The notes: generated by a model from the letters alone, not told the origin. Counted from the first letter of the whole stretch, positions 12,580-25,182 are shown. The stretch is 62,755 nt of DNA, filler included, from Porpidia crustulata (GCA_964255105.1; 5 parts of 5 records of this genome joined end to end with filler, not necessarily neighbours in it), one strand, 5' to 3'. Numbers and translations are program-made.

Positions 12580-13423
12580 TGGTATTTGTGTCCCAGAAAA
12601 GGTTGGTTCTCTTTTGGCGGTGATCTTCTTCGGCTTTGCGGTCGATGGTGGCAAGTTGTGGTTGGGCTTCGGGGGACTTTATTTCCGTGTCGCAGACCTT
12701 GTTGCAGTCAACGGCGACGATATTGAGGCGGTCAAGGGCGATTTTATTCATGGTCAATGGCGCTTCGCTGGGACAAGTGCAGTCGAGTGTTTGGAGCTCG
12801 CAAGCAGCATGGTGCTTGTCCGACCATCCGCTGTGGCCTTGAGGGCTTCTGGGTTGAACTTTGGGTTGGAAATTTGGGTCTACCGCTACTGTTGTACGTT
12901 TCAGTGCGGCCAAGTTAGCTTGGTTGTGAAGTATTCTGTCCTTCAGTTCGGTCGATGAACCAATAACTGCGGTAACGGCCTCGATGGGAAATTTTCCAGA
13001 AGCGATAGAGACCTCTGCTACTTTCAGTGTGGTGCCTGCTACTTTCAATCTTATTGGCGCTTCGGAGAGTAATTTATTTGCTTTGCGAAGCTTGACAGCG
13101 TGTATAGCAGCCGGCTCAAGGAAAAGGTTTATCGACATAGTAGTAGATACTATGTTACCTGACATTAGATCTGCTACTCTTGAGCTACTTGAATCTGGTA
13201 CTGAAGCATTGTCCGTCATGTTTGTGTCAATGGCAGAATCTGCAGTCATCTCACATACCACTCTTGTGGTAATTAGATTTGTTAAGGTATTTTTGCCCCC
13301 AGAGGCTGATGTTTTGGAATTGCGCAATTGCTTTGCCAAGAAGAGAAGAATTCTTGATATGGTAGATAATGAAGAGGAAATCGTAGACCGAATCTTGACG
13401 GCCATGACTTCAGAAAGTGACAT
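12580..13423 (-). CDS. Hypothetical protein, truncated at the contig edge
   Basis: Open frame of ~280 codons running into the linker. No recognisable motif; start uncertain. Confidence 0.35.
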
Positions 13424-13914
13424 TGATATGAACGGAAAGGAAAGTGGTAAGGAGCGATGAAATTTATATCAGCGGAAAGCGGCTTCGCTACCAAAGAAAC
13501 ATGTGAAGTACCCTGGTCAATTTCTCATTGATGATATGAATGTATTGTTCTTACCTTCACTGGTTTCCAACATTACCTAAGTTCTTGAGCTTTTGCTGAA
13601 GTAGGTATTGAGCAATTCGGCAGAACGCTGTACACCTTTTACGAGTGAAAAGCAATTGCCTTGAAACCAGTGTTTCCAGCCGATTAAGAGAATCTTTCCT
13701 ATTTCCAAGCTTTGCCTCTTTTTATTAGATCTATTGAATTAACACCAAGTAAAGGCTTGACAGAGCTTTCTGTGGGGAGGCAGTGGACTCGTCAAATTGG
13801 GATATTGGGGATAGGTCCTATGATGACTAGAGATCCGTCTTGCGTGATGGATTTGAGATCTTGACGTTGCAATGCGGATCAATTGCGATGACTCGTCTTC
13901 GTTCCAGTTGAAGA

Positions 13915-15231
13915 TCAAGACTGAACATCATCGCCAGTCCCCTCTTCTTTGATTATGGTCTCCTCCTTTAGTACTTCACTTTTTACGCCCTCAGCAGTGA
14001 TCTCCTCTTCAGCCTTAACAGCCACTTCCACAACTTTGCCTTTCCTCTCCCCACCAACCTCTTCTCTCTTCACACGCTTGACGCTTTTAATTTTTCTTTC
14101 CACAACAGCACTGGGACATAATCCTTTGACACTTAATGTACAGTTTCCGCACTTCCTCCCTACCGGCAAACAAATCGTTTGCCCAAACCCCACTAAAAGG
14201 TGATTGATCTCATGCCATCTCTTTCTTGGCAACCAATTCTGTAATGTGATTCTCGTCTCCTCTGGCCCCTTCGTCTTATGCCATCCCCACAAATTGGTAA
14301 TCCGATGAACATGTACATCTACCCCGATACCCTCTGTCTTATCCCAGGCCGCGCTGAGGCACAAGTAGGCCATTTTGGGACCCACACCAGGAAGGCTCAT
14401 AAGACCGTCAATAGTGTCTGGGATATCTCCAGCATATTGATCACGAAGTATCAGAGCGCTAGCTTTGATATAGCGGGTCTTATTATTGTGAAAGCCGACC
14501 ACGTAGATCAATTCATTTAGCTTGACAGGATCGACGGCGAGAATATTTTCGAGGGTAAGTCCAGGTGCAGGGAGCTCGGTTTGGAGTTTGCGCATGGCGA
14601 TGGCGTTGGTCGTGTCTTTTGTTTGGGAACTGAGCATGAGCGCGATCAGAGTCTGGAAGCGCTTATCCCGTGGAGTCAGATGTTCTTCGGCAAGCGTTTC
14701 GCAGCCCATGGTATCCACAGGCGCCAAGTGCAGCTTGCGCATCTCTCTTACAGCGTCGTAGATCTCCTCCCAGTTCCCTGGTGGATGTATCTCCACTTCG
14801 CCGGCTTCGTTCGCTCTAATTCTCGCGGGCTGCCGCCGCCCTTTCTTATTTCTTGTGATACCGTCATCTTCAGTCTTGAGATCTGGCTTGCGAGGTGAGC
14901 TTCGAGCGGTTATGACCGTAGAGCTGCTCCTGACGGTGGTCGAAGGGGTTTCAAGTCCGCGCTTGCGCTTTCGGGAGGGTGAGATCTTCAAGGGGGTATC
15001 TTCGATATCAAATAGTTCTGGCGATGTTATGGACGAGAGGGAAGAGCCATTGTCGCTCGAGTCAAGTTGCTTTACGCCAATATCAGCTTTCTCCTGTAGT
15101 GGCAGATCTGACGCGTTGAATGCTTGAATTGATGCTTCGAACGATCTTGTATGTCGGCGAGGGGCATAATCCGCATGGGAGATGGATTTGACAACTTTTG
15201 CCGTCTCTCTCGCAATACGAGAAGTCTTCAT
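13915..15231 (-). CDS. NTH1: Endonuclease III-like DNA glycosylase/AP lyase
   Basis: LMLSSQTKD, HhH motif LPGVGPKMA, GVDVHVHRI, 4Fe-4S cysteines CLPVGRKCGNC...LCPS. Confidence 0.95.
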   Translation of the reverse strand: MKTSRIARETAKVVKSISHADYAPRRHTRSFEASIQAFNASDLPLQEKADIGVKQLDSSDNGSSLSSITSPELFDIEDTPLKISPSRKRKRGLETPSTTVRSSSTVITARSSPRKPDLKTEDDGITRNKKGRRQPARIRANEAGEVEIHPPGNWEEIYDAVREMRKLHLAPVDTMGCETLAEEHLTPRDKRFQTLIALMLSSQTKDTTNAIAMRKLQTELPAPGLTLENILAVDPVKLNELIYVVGFHNNKTRYIKASALILRDQYAGDIPDTIDGLMSLPGVGPKMAYLCLSAAWDKTEGIGVDVHVHRITNLWGWHKTKGPEETRITLQNWLPRKRWHEINHLLVGFGQTICLPVGRKCGNCTLSVKGLCPSAVVERKIKSVKRVKREEVGGERKGKVVEVAVKAEEEITAEGVKSEVLKEETIIKEEGTGDDVQS

Positions 15232-15390
15232 ATGGTTGATTGGACACAGGGAATATACTCAGGAGCTTTTGAATTTTGTCTCTAGATCCCTACGATTATT
15301 GCCCGAATCTCAGCCCTACGATTCTGCTGGCATCCAAACTGACCCCCCCCCCAAATCCTGTCGCAACACCCAACTGTTCCGCATTCCACC

Positions 15391-15961
15391 ATGCCTGCCG
15401 AAGATTATATGCCTGCCACCTCAGGCTCTCTAAAACTGAAAGGTGTGCAGAACTCGAAGATATCTAAGAAGAAGAAACGGTCCAAAGCTCCCCCGCAAGC
15501 CTCCAGCACTCGGGACTCCGCAGCGTCACCTTCGCCGCGAAGACAGCTTACCGCCGGCGAGCAGAAGCTCCATACCGGGTCTCAGTTGGAGAAGCGCGAA
15601 GAATTAGAGACGGCCAGCGATACCGAGAAGCAGGACCTACCACTCCACGGTAGAGGCAAGACGGAAGCGGAGATTAGGCACGAGGAGAAACGGCGGAAGC
15701 GGGTATGGTTCGTCTGGTTTGAGGGTTCGAGCTACATATATTGAGGTGGGAATAGCTGGACGAGCGCCTTAAGCGGGAAGGCACCAAGACGCACAAGGAA
15801 CGTGTGGAGGAGCTGAATCGATATTTGAGTAATTTGAGCGAGCATCACGACATGTACGTCCCCTAAATGAATGCCTCGCTACTTCGAAGAAGGGGGCAGC
15901 GGCTTGATGTAAGTTTACTGACGATAATGCGTTGCTTAGGCCTAGAATTGGACCTGGATAA
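15391..15961 (+). CDS. FAM32A/DUF1754 family protein
   Basis: Three exons: GSLKLKGV...KTEAEIRHEEKRRKR|LDERLKREGTKTHKERVEELNRYLSNLSEHHDM|PRIGPG*. Confidence 0.88.
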
Positions 15962-16330
15962 AATGGATGAATTAGTGTGGACTGGAGTTATGTTTTGGGT
16001 GGGTATGGAATTATGGCGTCTCCATTCATGTTTAGATGCATGAGAGTAGTAGAGGGAGATCGATTGTTGAACAAGAAAATGTAGTCTAAACCGCCATGAA
16101 ATGCCTCTATACCCACGCCTCGTATATTCGTACATAGAAACATGACCCATATTCTCGTTTCACGTTTCCAATACAAAAGCCCATCGTTCAACACCAGGGT
16201 ATATGTACGCTCACATATAGACGCTACAACGTTGTAAGCCACTCAATTGTGTGCGTAGAGCCAGATTCGGGAATTATAATGTGTCCGTCGGGTGTACCAG
16301 CACCAGTTCGTTTTCGTGTGAAGAGTTTAC

Positions 16331-18333
16331 TCAAAAAGCCACCCCTTCGGCCATCTCCAGCTGTTGACGTTCATACTCACCCCTCTCTACCGGAGTCACG
16401 TAAACATCTTGAAAGTTCTCCTCGTCCGTGTCTGTTTCGTCTCCAGAATAATTACTTGACCGGCCGCGTTGTTGTCGAAGGCCTGGCGACAGCCCCCGAA
16501 CTCCTGTGTTCAAAGAGCTTGGTGATGGGGGTTTCAAAAGCTGAATCTGCCGTTGCAACAGTGCAACTTGGTCTTCCAACTGGTGACGAGCGGACTGCTC
16601 ATGCCTTATCAATGTTATAAGAGTTGAGTAGTGCTCGAGAGTGAGACCACCAAGACTCACCCGCTGGGCCATGGGACCAGGTTTGAGAGTGGCGGCAACG
16701 CTAATGGGCCGGACAGTGGGTTCAGAGCCCCGCTGGTCATCTTGGGCCTTGAATACGCTTTGTCGAGTAACAGGTGTATTGTCAAGGCTTGACCCATAGA
16801 TAGTTGCGGGAGAGTATTCCATGTATGGAGCTGCAATGCGTTCAATCGAGTGTTGCTGAGCGGAAACAGCGGGGGAATGTTCATATTCTGAACCTTTGGC
16901 GGCAGGGAATTGGCCGGATTCGCGATCAATTGGCAAGGTTGAGTCGGCCTGAAGTTTCGAGATGGCATATTCAAAGTCCATGAGTTTAATCTCAAGCGTG
17001 ACCATCCTCTCCTCCAGACCTATGTGCTCTTGACTCTGTATATCGCCTATTGGAATATCGAAATTGAAATCGCTGTCCTCTGCGACTTTGTCACCATCCT
17101 TTCCAGCAACAGCGGGTACAGATTTCACGAAGTTTGCAGCAACTGGAAACCCTGTGTCGGCCGCCAGTGGCTTAATCTCATTACTAGGGAATCCAGTCAT
17201 ATCCAAGGCAGGGGACATCGCATCTGTACTTTCCCTCCAGTGTCTTATCTCGTCGCTTCTTCTTCTCCACCGATGCCATTGAATAGGTGACATTCGATGC
17301 TCTCTGTTGGCATCTTGAAAGGCACCGACGCTTCTAGATCGCCGTCGAGGGTTACTGCCACTGGTGACAGCAAACCCAATGTTCTCTCCGTCTACGGTTT
17401 GTTCATTGCCATCTTGGAGACCGAGACCTATCAGCGCACGATTGACGGTCTCGGCCTCTTGAGCGCTGAAAATAATGCTTGGTAAGGTTGCACGACGTGG
17501 TCGCGTAGGAGATTCCGGCGGCGTACGTGCGGGTCGCGGGGGCTTTGCCTTACTTGACACACGGCTGCTGGGAGGTATTTGTAGGGCAAATGGAGAATGC
17601 GAGCCAAGTGCGCTCGAGCGTAGCACTTCGTGAGTAGGCGCTGATACTGACCGCTGGGGGGTGGTAGGTAGTGGTGGTCTGGCTGTACCGGGCTTCTAGG
17701 AGTCAAATTAGCGTTGAGTGAGGCCTCTGGACTGGATTCGCCCGTCGGAAGTTCAGTTTGTAAAGTGGAATGGAAGATGTGAATTTCTCTCGAAAAAGTC
17801 TAATCATTCAGCTGCTAACTTACATGATTTTGGGCTACTGCCGGAGCAGGTAAGCTAATCCTATTCTTCGCGGATTTCCTGCCAAAGATACGGCGGAGAG
17901 TAGTCCGTAGTCCACTGCTCTTGCGTTTCGGGGTATCTGCAGGTTTTGAAAGATCGTCTGCCATTGAATCACGGTAGATCCCATTGCGTTGTGGTGTCAC
18001 TACACCGTCCGATCCCTTCACCTGTTCTTGGCTGTTGGGTATGGATTGCCTGTACGGAAGCCGGTGTGATGACTGCTCAGGTATCTTCTCGCTGGAAACT
18101 TGCCCTACAAAGCTGCCAGGACTAGCATCTCGAGACCAGCTCGTTTGAGGAAAATGCGTGCTCAATGGTTGCCCGTTGATAGTTGAGTCGTTGGAGGAGA
18201 AAGGGTCATCAGAGCTGTGATTGCACGCAAACGCTGGCTGCGGCTGCACAGCATTGATAGCGCCAATGTTTTTGGGCGCGATGGTCGGTACAAATATATT
18301 CTGATTAGTAGGACTTATCACATCGGCCATCAT
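16331..18333 (-). CDS. Conserved-looking fungal hypothetical protein (Ser/Pro/Arg-rich, C-terminal coiled coils)
   Basis: Two long ORFs joined by an intron at ~17823-17697 (GTAAGT...GCTAAT...TAG). Motifs RRATLPS, RRRSRS, LEERMVTLEIKLMDFEYAISKLQ, LIRHEQSARHQLEDQV. Confidence 0.75.
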
Positions 18334-20606
18334 ATCAGCACAAACCCCGGGGGACTCGATTAGAGACTTCGTCAAGCGACTTGAATTCTCCGACCACCAA
18401 GCTCATCGTGGAGCAATAGTTTCCAACAACACCGCCTTGCTCCGTAGGATCCCGTCCGGACCCAAGGACACTCGGAAAGATATTTGTCTGGCTGTTCAAA
18501 CGAAGGATGAATCTGGAAGGGGCAATTCGAGATGCATGCATGCATGCATGCAATAGAGAGGCGGAAGAGGGGTGTTTCAGACGATATATATTATTATCTT
18601 TGCCGGACGTATCATCATATGCAGACCTGCATTGCCAAGATAGGGGAGGGTGGTCAGACGAGAAGGCGTTCGTCTAGCCACTAAATTAATCGACCAGCGA
18701 GTGGAAATAGAGAGTGTGATCAAATGGAGAAGAAGACGTCAAGGCGCAATCGGTCCTATCGCGTCTGATATGGCGATCATCCGCCGTCGGTGGGTGGTTG
18801 ACTTGCATTGGGCATGGGCCGGAGGGGCTCAGTTAGAGATCGCCCTCATCCCTGTGCGGGTTTTCTTAATGAGTGCCCAATCAGCTCCCCCACATCCGCT
18901 TCTCACCAGTGCCACCCCACCAGCTCGTCGATCAAGCGCCAGTCCCAACGCTTACCGCAAAACCAAAGAGGCTGTCGAGGCTGTGCACATACCAAGTTCC
19001 AAGTCCTTCTCATGAATCCTTGACCTCAGGTAGAGAATGGAGCAGAGATGGGCATGAGATGGGCATTGCACCTTACAGAACGGTTCGAGGCTGGCGGCTT
19101 TCTAGTGACTCCGACTGGTCCATACTGGTCCATCATGAGTGACGATCCTGAAGTCTATCGACTACTACCTTACTATCGCCAAGAAGTGAGTTTTCCAAGT
19201 CGAGTGCAGGCGGTTCTGGCGGATGCTAGAGTATCTTTCTACAGTAGCATCCGCTGATCTTCCGCTAGAGGTAGTTGTTCTGTGAGTGCGCGAGAGCTTT
19301 GCTAGTTGATTGGCCAGCGATCACTTGGTGGTGCGATGATTAGAGATACTCCATGGAACTTGATTCCTCAATTAATTTGGTTGGAACGTGTATCTCGAAA
19401 TCAACCAGCATGTTATCATGATTTTTGACATGATCTATGACACATTTCTCTTTGTTAACAGATAGAGGAACATGAGGGGCTATTGGTCTCACCATGGACT
19501 AGGTTTCTCCACAAGGCCAGAGGGAAAGTCAATTTCAAAGTATGGGGATATTTAATCAACACGTCCTATTTTGTCTGTGTACTAAGCTGCTAGGAATATG
19601 GGCATCTTGCAGCCGACATCATCATGGAATGATAAAATGCTTGATGCGATCTATTGGAGCTACACCCCCGTCCTTCGTTACTATCATCTCCTTGTCTATA
19701 TATATCCGAATACAAATGCTCAAACGCCTTCTCCAGAATTCTGAACTTGAAAGAGAGGCGAGAAATACAACAAGAATGTCCTCCTAGCCTCACACGCATG
19801 TCCACGGTTTTGTTGGCTTCAAGGGCTCATCCTAACGTGTGAAAATCAGTCCTGAAGCGATTCTTCTCCGAGGAAGTTCTGCAGTTGACATCCAATTGAA
19901 ACACGGACGTTTCAATTACAAGATGTTTGTACCCCTTTAACGACAGACATAATTTCTGGCCCACAGCAGAATGTGGTTTTCCTTCCTCAGATAGGCGAGT
20001 AGGCGTTGACGGAGTCTTTTGTTCCAAAGAAAATTAATAAGGTATCGCCGAGGTAAAGCAGGAGCTCATCTCTGATGCGCGGTATCATGGCCATGCGGAG
20101 ATACTCGGAGGGCCTCTGTTTCACCAAGCCTATCGAAATCTTGTGTGCTGTTCAATAGGCTACGTCGGAGCAGTTCCCTCCGAATTTATACGTACATTAA
20201 CATGCGCAAAGACCATATGCGCCTGAGCACTCTCTACTTACTCACGGTAGATGAATAACATGCACCTGCATCATTTGGTAATCTCACTTCCTCACCAGTG
20301 GTCGTCTTGTAGTATTCGCCCATTCTGCATTGGATATGCACAGAAGTTGAGGGTGTATTACGGTAGGTGTAAATCGCAGTTTAATTATACACCGATAAAG
20401 CAGTAAAGCGACAGAATCCCTGTGCCAGATCCAGAGTCCCGCGTGTAGCACGTTTCGCTGCCACATTGATGTCCACGTACCCACCTTCCTTGCTCCTACT
20501 CACACACTGCAACTCTCCTCCCAAAAGACGTACGGTATCTTCGCGCAAATGCAAAATTCGTCTGTACTAGCCGCGAATCGCAAAACACACGCATCTGCCA
20601 GTCTTT

Positions 20607-20825
20607 CTAGACCCCTGAGATCACTTGAACCTCTTCCGCTTGCATGCCTTTCTGACCTGCCGTCGGAATGAACGAGACTTGCTGCCCTTCTTTCAGGCTT
20701 TTGAAGCCGTCGGATTGGATCGCTTTGAAGTGGACGAAAAGGTCATCTCCGGATTGGGGGGTGATGAAGCCGAAACCCTTCTCGTCGTTGAACCATTTCA
20801 CAGTTCCGGTCTGACGGTTAGACAT
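20607..20825 (-). CDS. Bacterial-type cold-shock protein (CspA family; Pseudomonas CapB-like)
   Basis: 72 aa single CSD with RNP1 KGFGFI and RNP2 [57 protein letters not shown]. Confidence 0.95.
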   Translation of the reverse strand: MSNRQTGTVKWFNDEKGFGFITPQSGDDLFVHFKAIQSDGFKSLKEGQQVSFIPTAGQKGMQAEEVQVISGV

Positions 20826-20831
20826 TTGAGG

Positions 20832-21049
20832 CTATAAAGATTTGGTCAACATCTACCTCTGCAGACAAGGCATCTTGCGCAGAAGTTCTGACATACCGAT
20901 TGATATTAATGGCAGTTGGACAGTTTCAATATCCCTAGCAGGCCGACCTAGATTCCAAGAAAGTCCGTGCTCGAATATTTGGGTTGGAAATTTTCTGAGG
21001 CAGTTCCAGCACTAGAAGATGTCAAACGGAGGACATGTGGCCATTTATA
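20832..21049 (-). promoter_or_regulatory. Putative 5'-UTR spliceosomal intron (20896-20832) and TATA box (21049-21044) of the CSP gene
   Basis: Minus strand: GTATGT...GTTGAC...TTTATAG ends 6 nt before the ATG (CCTCAA-ATG). TATAAA lies ~150 nt further upstream. Confidence 0.65.
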
Positions 21050-23119
21050 GAGGAACTGATGAAAGTGGATCTTATTCGGCATAGCGTGCTTGGTGCACGA
21101 AGGTACGGATACGGTAAGGGCTGCAGCGAAGATGAATACTGCGTTTCGCATATGGCCCAGACCTGTGAAGGGAAGTAAGCCAGCTGCAAAGAAGTCTATG
21201 CAGCGTCGCGTGTATGAGTCTCTTGCGCAGGTCAAACGGCTTTCATGTAAGCCAGCCGCAATGAATTTGTTGCACGGTCCTTTAAGTGCCATTGCTACAG
21301 AGTCTAATGACCTTTCTTCTACCGCCATTACCTCAACATTTGTGGAGGCAAAGTCAAACCAGTGGCTCAATCAGTAGCTCTTGCTGTATGCAGCATCATA
21401 GTCGACAACGCTATGGCACGTCAACCTCACAATATAATTAGTCCCACACATGGCGCAAGGGCCCGGATAACCGATTTGGGACTTCAATCCTGCAGAGTTG
21501 AAGCAGCCCGCCTATTGCTACCTTGCAGTCCTTCTCGTCGAGACGTTTTGACACGCTTCGTTCCAAGTCTTGCTGACGAACGACGATTCTTTAGCTTTGC
21601 TATCAAACGCTGCCGATGTATCCTGCCGAAGCTATCAGTCCTTTCGCATGCTATTTTCAGTCGTTCCTTCTCTTCATCCTAAACCGCTCTCCTAATTCTC
21701 TACTTCAAAGAACAAACAGCATCCATGGTGCAACATACTTCGCTAGATCTCTTATACGAATTATTGACCAATCGTAAATTTTTTGCACTCCGTCTAGCCC
21801 AGATTATCCAAATTTCCCCAATCAATTCGGGTCGCTTCGGGCTTCGATAAAAGGCATAACCAGTCATTGATACACGCTTCTAGCCTCAACACGGACACAT
21901 TTTACACGAGAATGTGAGAGAGGTAGCATGTGGTCGAGTCTCTGATACATATGCTTTATGATTAAGCATTACAGGCCATTTGCCCAATTGCCACTTGTCA
22001 ACTGATATGGTGAGTCATGCTGATATAGAGTGTGCCGAGGGCGCCATAGGCGTCGACATTGAGTTCCTTTGCTTTGTACCATGTAAGCTGTTGAGGATAC
22101 TCGCTGAGACCTCGCATCATTTCAGCGATTCCGATGTAGAGAAGCTTTCTCCGCCACTCGTCAAGGGAGATTCAACTCGACACCACCCACCAACCCTATG
22201 AATCCAGTCTTGGCTGCTTCTACACTCAGTACTCGCATTCGACATTGGACTCCGGCTGAGCCGTCCCGGCGAAGGGTGTGTCCGCTTGAACCATTACCCT
22301 GGGGACTAGTCTGTAATAACTTCGTTAACAGTTTGGGCATTGGCGCGTATCTTTCCGATAGACTCTGCTAGAATCCTACGTGGGGGCATGGCCTGCGCCA
22401 CTTGCGCCTTGACCTGGACTTTGGAGTTTGGAGTTGCTTTGTTTAGAGAGTAACCTGTTATAGCATAGCACGGAAGGCTATCTTAACCGCTGTTCCGCTG
22501 AATAAAGTCATTACCATACATGTACTCATGTTGTCGATCATCGAACGCCCTCTTCCCAACAACATCCACTTCGACTTACTTCGTCGACATACGTTGCGTA
22601 CCACCGACAACGCGCTCCTTACTCACTCGTTATCTTATTTACTTTCGAGACTAGATGACTTGTTAATGGCCATAGATCATGGTTCGCTTTTCTATGTGCG
22701 GGCCTTGTCAATAGTCTCCAACATCCTGCGATCAGTAATTTCTACCTTTGACAGTACTTTGTATCTCATACGGACTAATTTAGAGGTCGCAATAAGCTGA
22801 TCTCGCTCTTTGTTGCCATGTTTGCTCGCCCTGGAGAGTGCTAGTGATTCCAAGCGGTGTATTAGGATTAATATACGCCTATTGCTGATCCAAGCATAAT
22901 GCAGCGTACTACTCATGACGAGGCTCACGGAACACATGTCCATACCAGACTTGATTGATTGGTGATCATTGGCCGTTAGATTATGATGTGGGGTTTAAGA
23001 TATTCAATTACCCCACCTATCAGGCATTGGCTTGATGTAACCACGATATATATATCATATCAAACAAACAAATGTAAATATCGTCTTATCTCAAATTATC
23101 TAGAAGAATTTAGATAGCA

Positions 23120-23993
23120 ATGGCAGACCACCGAGTCGAGGATCTTCTAGCTCGTAATAGGTACCACGCACTTCTCATCTAACATACGCCATCACTAAAA
23201 ATTAACTACAAGAGAGTATTCAAAGACATATAAAGTCCCCCGGTCAATTGCTGAAATTCGAGCCCAACCACCTCCTCCACACCCTGGGATTGCCATCCGT
23301 AATCCCTCCATTCCTGAAAACCATTCGCTGTAATTAACGAAAACTTGCAGTCTGTTGCGTTGACGGACGCCTGTGGCCCGATGACTTCTTCCAACTATCA
23401 AAGGGCGGTTAGTCGTCTTCCCAAGATAACTCTGCCCTACTGTAGCTTTGCTGAGCTTCGTGAAATCCATAGAGGCTCCTGTCATCCGTACAGCCGGCGG
23501 CCGAGCCATGGACGCCATGCGTTCTCTAATGTCGTTGGATGTTATCATTGGCCTTGGAACTGTCATGGTCATTCATCACACTGGTAATTCTTCTCTCTGG
23601 ATTTTGCTATGTCAAGCCATCGCAAGCGCACCATCGCAGGCGCACAGCAAGAGAAAAACTGACCGCCCCCAGACTGTGGCTTAACCCACGTGACGGACGA
23701 GGGAATCCGCGAGAGCTTGAGAAACACAGCGCCTGATCACGCGCACGAAATAGATGGCATGGAGTTTGGGGAAATCAAAGAGTTTGTTCCACAGCTTCAC
23801 TTCACTTATCGTGGCCTTATCAGGAGTTGCCCGAGCAGATTCACTAACGCCTGCTCTCCGCAGTTTGACCGAGACTGTCAGGGAGGACGTGGGGTTCATC
23901 AAGGCATCTCCGTACTTCAAGAACGACCTCAAAATTCTGGGGTACATTTTCGATTTGACGAAAGGAACTCTATCGGAGGTGACGCCGAAATGA
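23120..23993 (+). CDS. Beta-class carbonic anhydrase (short, clade D / Cab-like)
   Basis: Six exons splice into one frame: MADHRVEDLLARNREYSK...LCCVDGRL...VIRTAGGRA...VIHHTDCGL...VREDVGFIKASPY...GYIFDLTKGTLSEV*. Zn ligands CxD and HxxC. Confidence 0.88.
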
Positions 23994-25052
23994 TATATTT
24001 GGAGGATAGCTACCGATCTACGTGGAAACAAGAGTGAGATGCCTATGCAAAGGCATTCACAAATCCGACTTGCCTACATTTGCTACTCTTGAAATCAGTT
24101 GGGAACACCCAAGACGCTCGAATACATGTCTATCATACGCATTCGCTACTACTACTCGTTATGCGCCCTCTTGCAACCCTTTTCTTTCAAACTACCCACA
24201 CCAGGCCCGCAAGTTTCTGACTCCATCTTCAGCCACCCAAAACTGTCTTCATAAGAAGGGACTTGTGTATCCCATGAGAAAGCCAAGCTATCGCAGTGTC
24301 CTGATTGTCATGTATCTGCAAGTTCTACCTAGGACATTAAGCTATCATACCAAGACTAAGTTCCCTTGTGGAAAGAGCGATATGATACGCCAAATCCCAA
24401 AGGTGCCATCATAACAGATCTGCTGCATTTGATCTATTTCTCTCGAACTCCAGCAGCAACTTGGCCTCTGCATATGCCAGATGAGTCCAGTCCTCGTAAA
24501 ATTTGGTGTTTTGCATTAATATCGTTCAATGAAGCTTTCTTTCGGGGATGTGGAATCCTTAGATCCACTCGAATTGCTCATCTTCTCACTTCATCACCAC
24601 GTCGGTATACGTACCATCAGTTTCTAAGGAGAAAACCGAAGTATCACTTTATTACCTCTACCTACTACAGAGTCCTATCCTATTCATTCCTTTTCCACGG
24701 TATGGGTACTTCGCTTATTAGTTTTCATTCTCTTCTCATCTTCTAAATTGATCAACCACAAATACCGCAATCTAAATCCTCGCCCCGAGGGATCACGGCT
24801 ACAGCCAGAATAGATTACAACATCTACATCATCGGAGATCCGAACGCCGTTCATACGTCCGACCCACCTCCAGAGACGTCCAGCCCGGTTTTCTCCTAAG
24901 CAGAATGGTGCGTAAGGCGCTACCTTGATGGCAGCCGCTCCGTCGACATCTCTATGCACAATCGGCGAGCATGAAACGTGGCTTCCAACCACCAATTTCT
25001 CACATCAATATATCATTCATAGCACCCCCACCACTCCCAAATTCCACGTCCC

Positions 25053-25152
25053 NNNNNNNNNNNNNNNNNNNNNNNNNNNNNNNNNNNNNNNNNNNNTTAA
25101 TTAATTAANNNNNNNNNNNNNNNNNNNNNNNNNNNNNNNNNNNNNNNNNNNN
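25053..25152. other. Artificial contig linker
   Basis: N44-TTAATTAATTAA-N44. Confidence 0.98.
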
Positions 25153-25182
25153 TAGGCTTAGAGCCTCCGGGCGGAATGAAAT

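Noticed and set aside
18532..18552. (ATGC)5 tetranucleotide repeat
   Set aside because: Ordinary microsatellite.
20607..20825. CSP as simple bacterial contamination
   Set aside because: It is mid-contig among fungal genes, with a spliceosomal-type intron and TATA box and no bacterial neighbours. Disfavoured, but not excluded without reads.
20948..21420. Weak resemblance of STNVEVMAVEERSL to a dynamin GED segment
   Set aside because: Too short, with no other dynamin motifs nearby.
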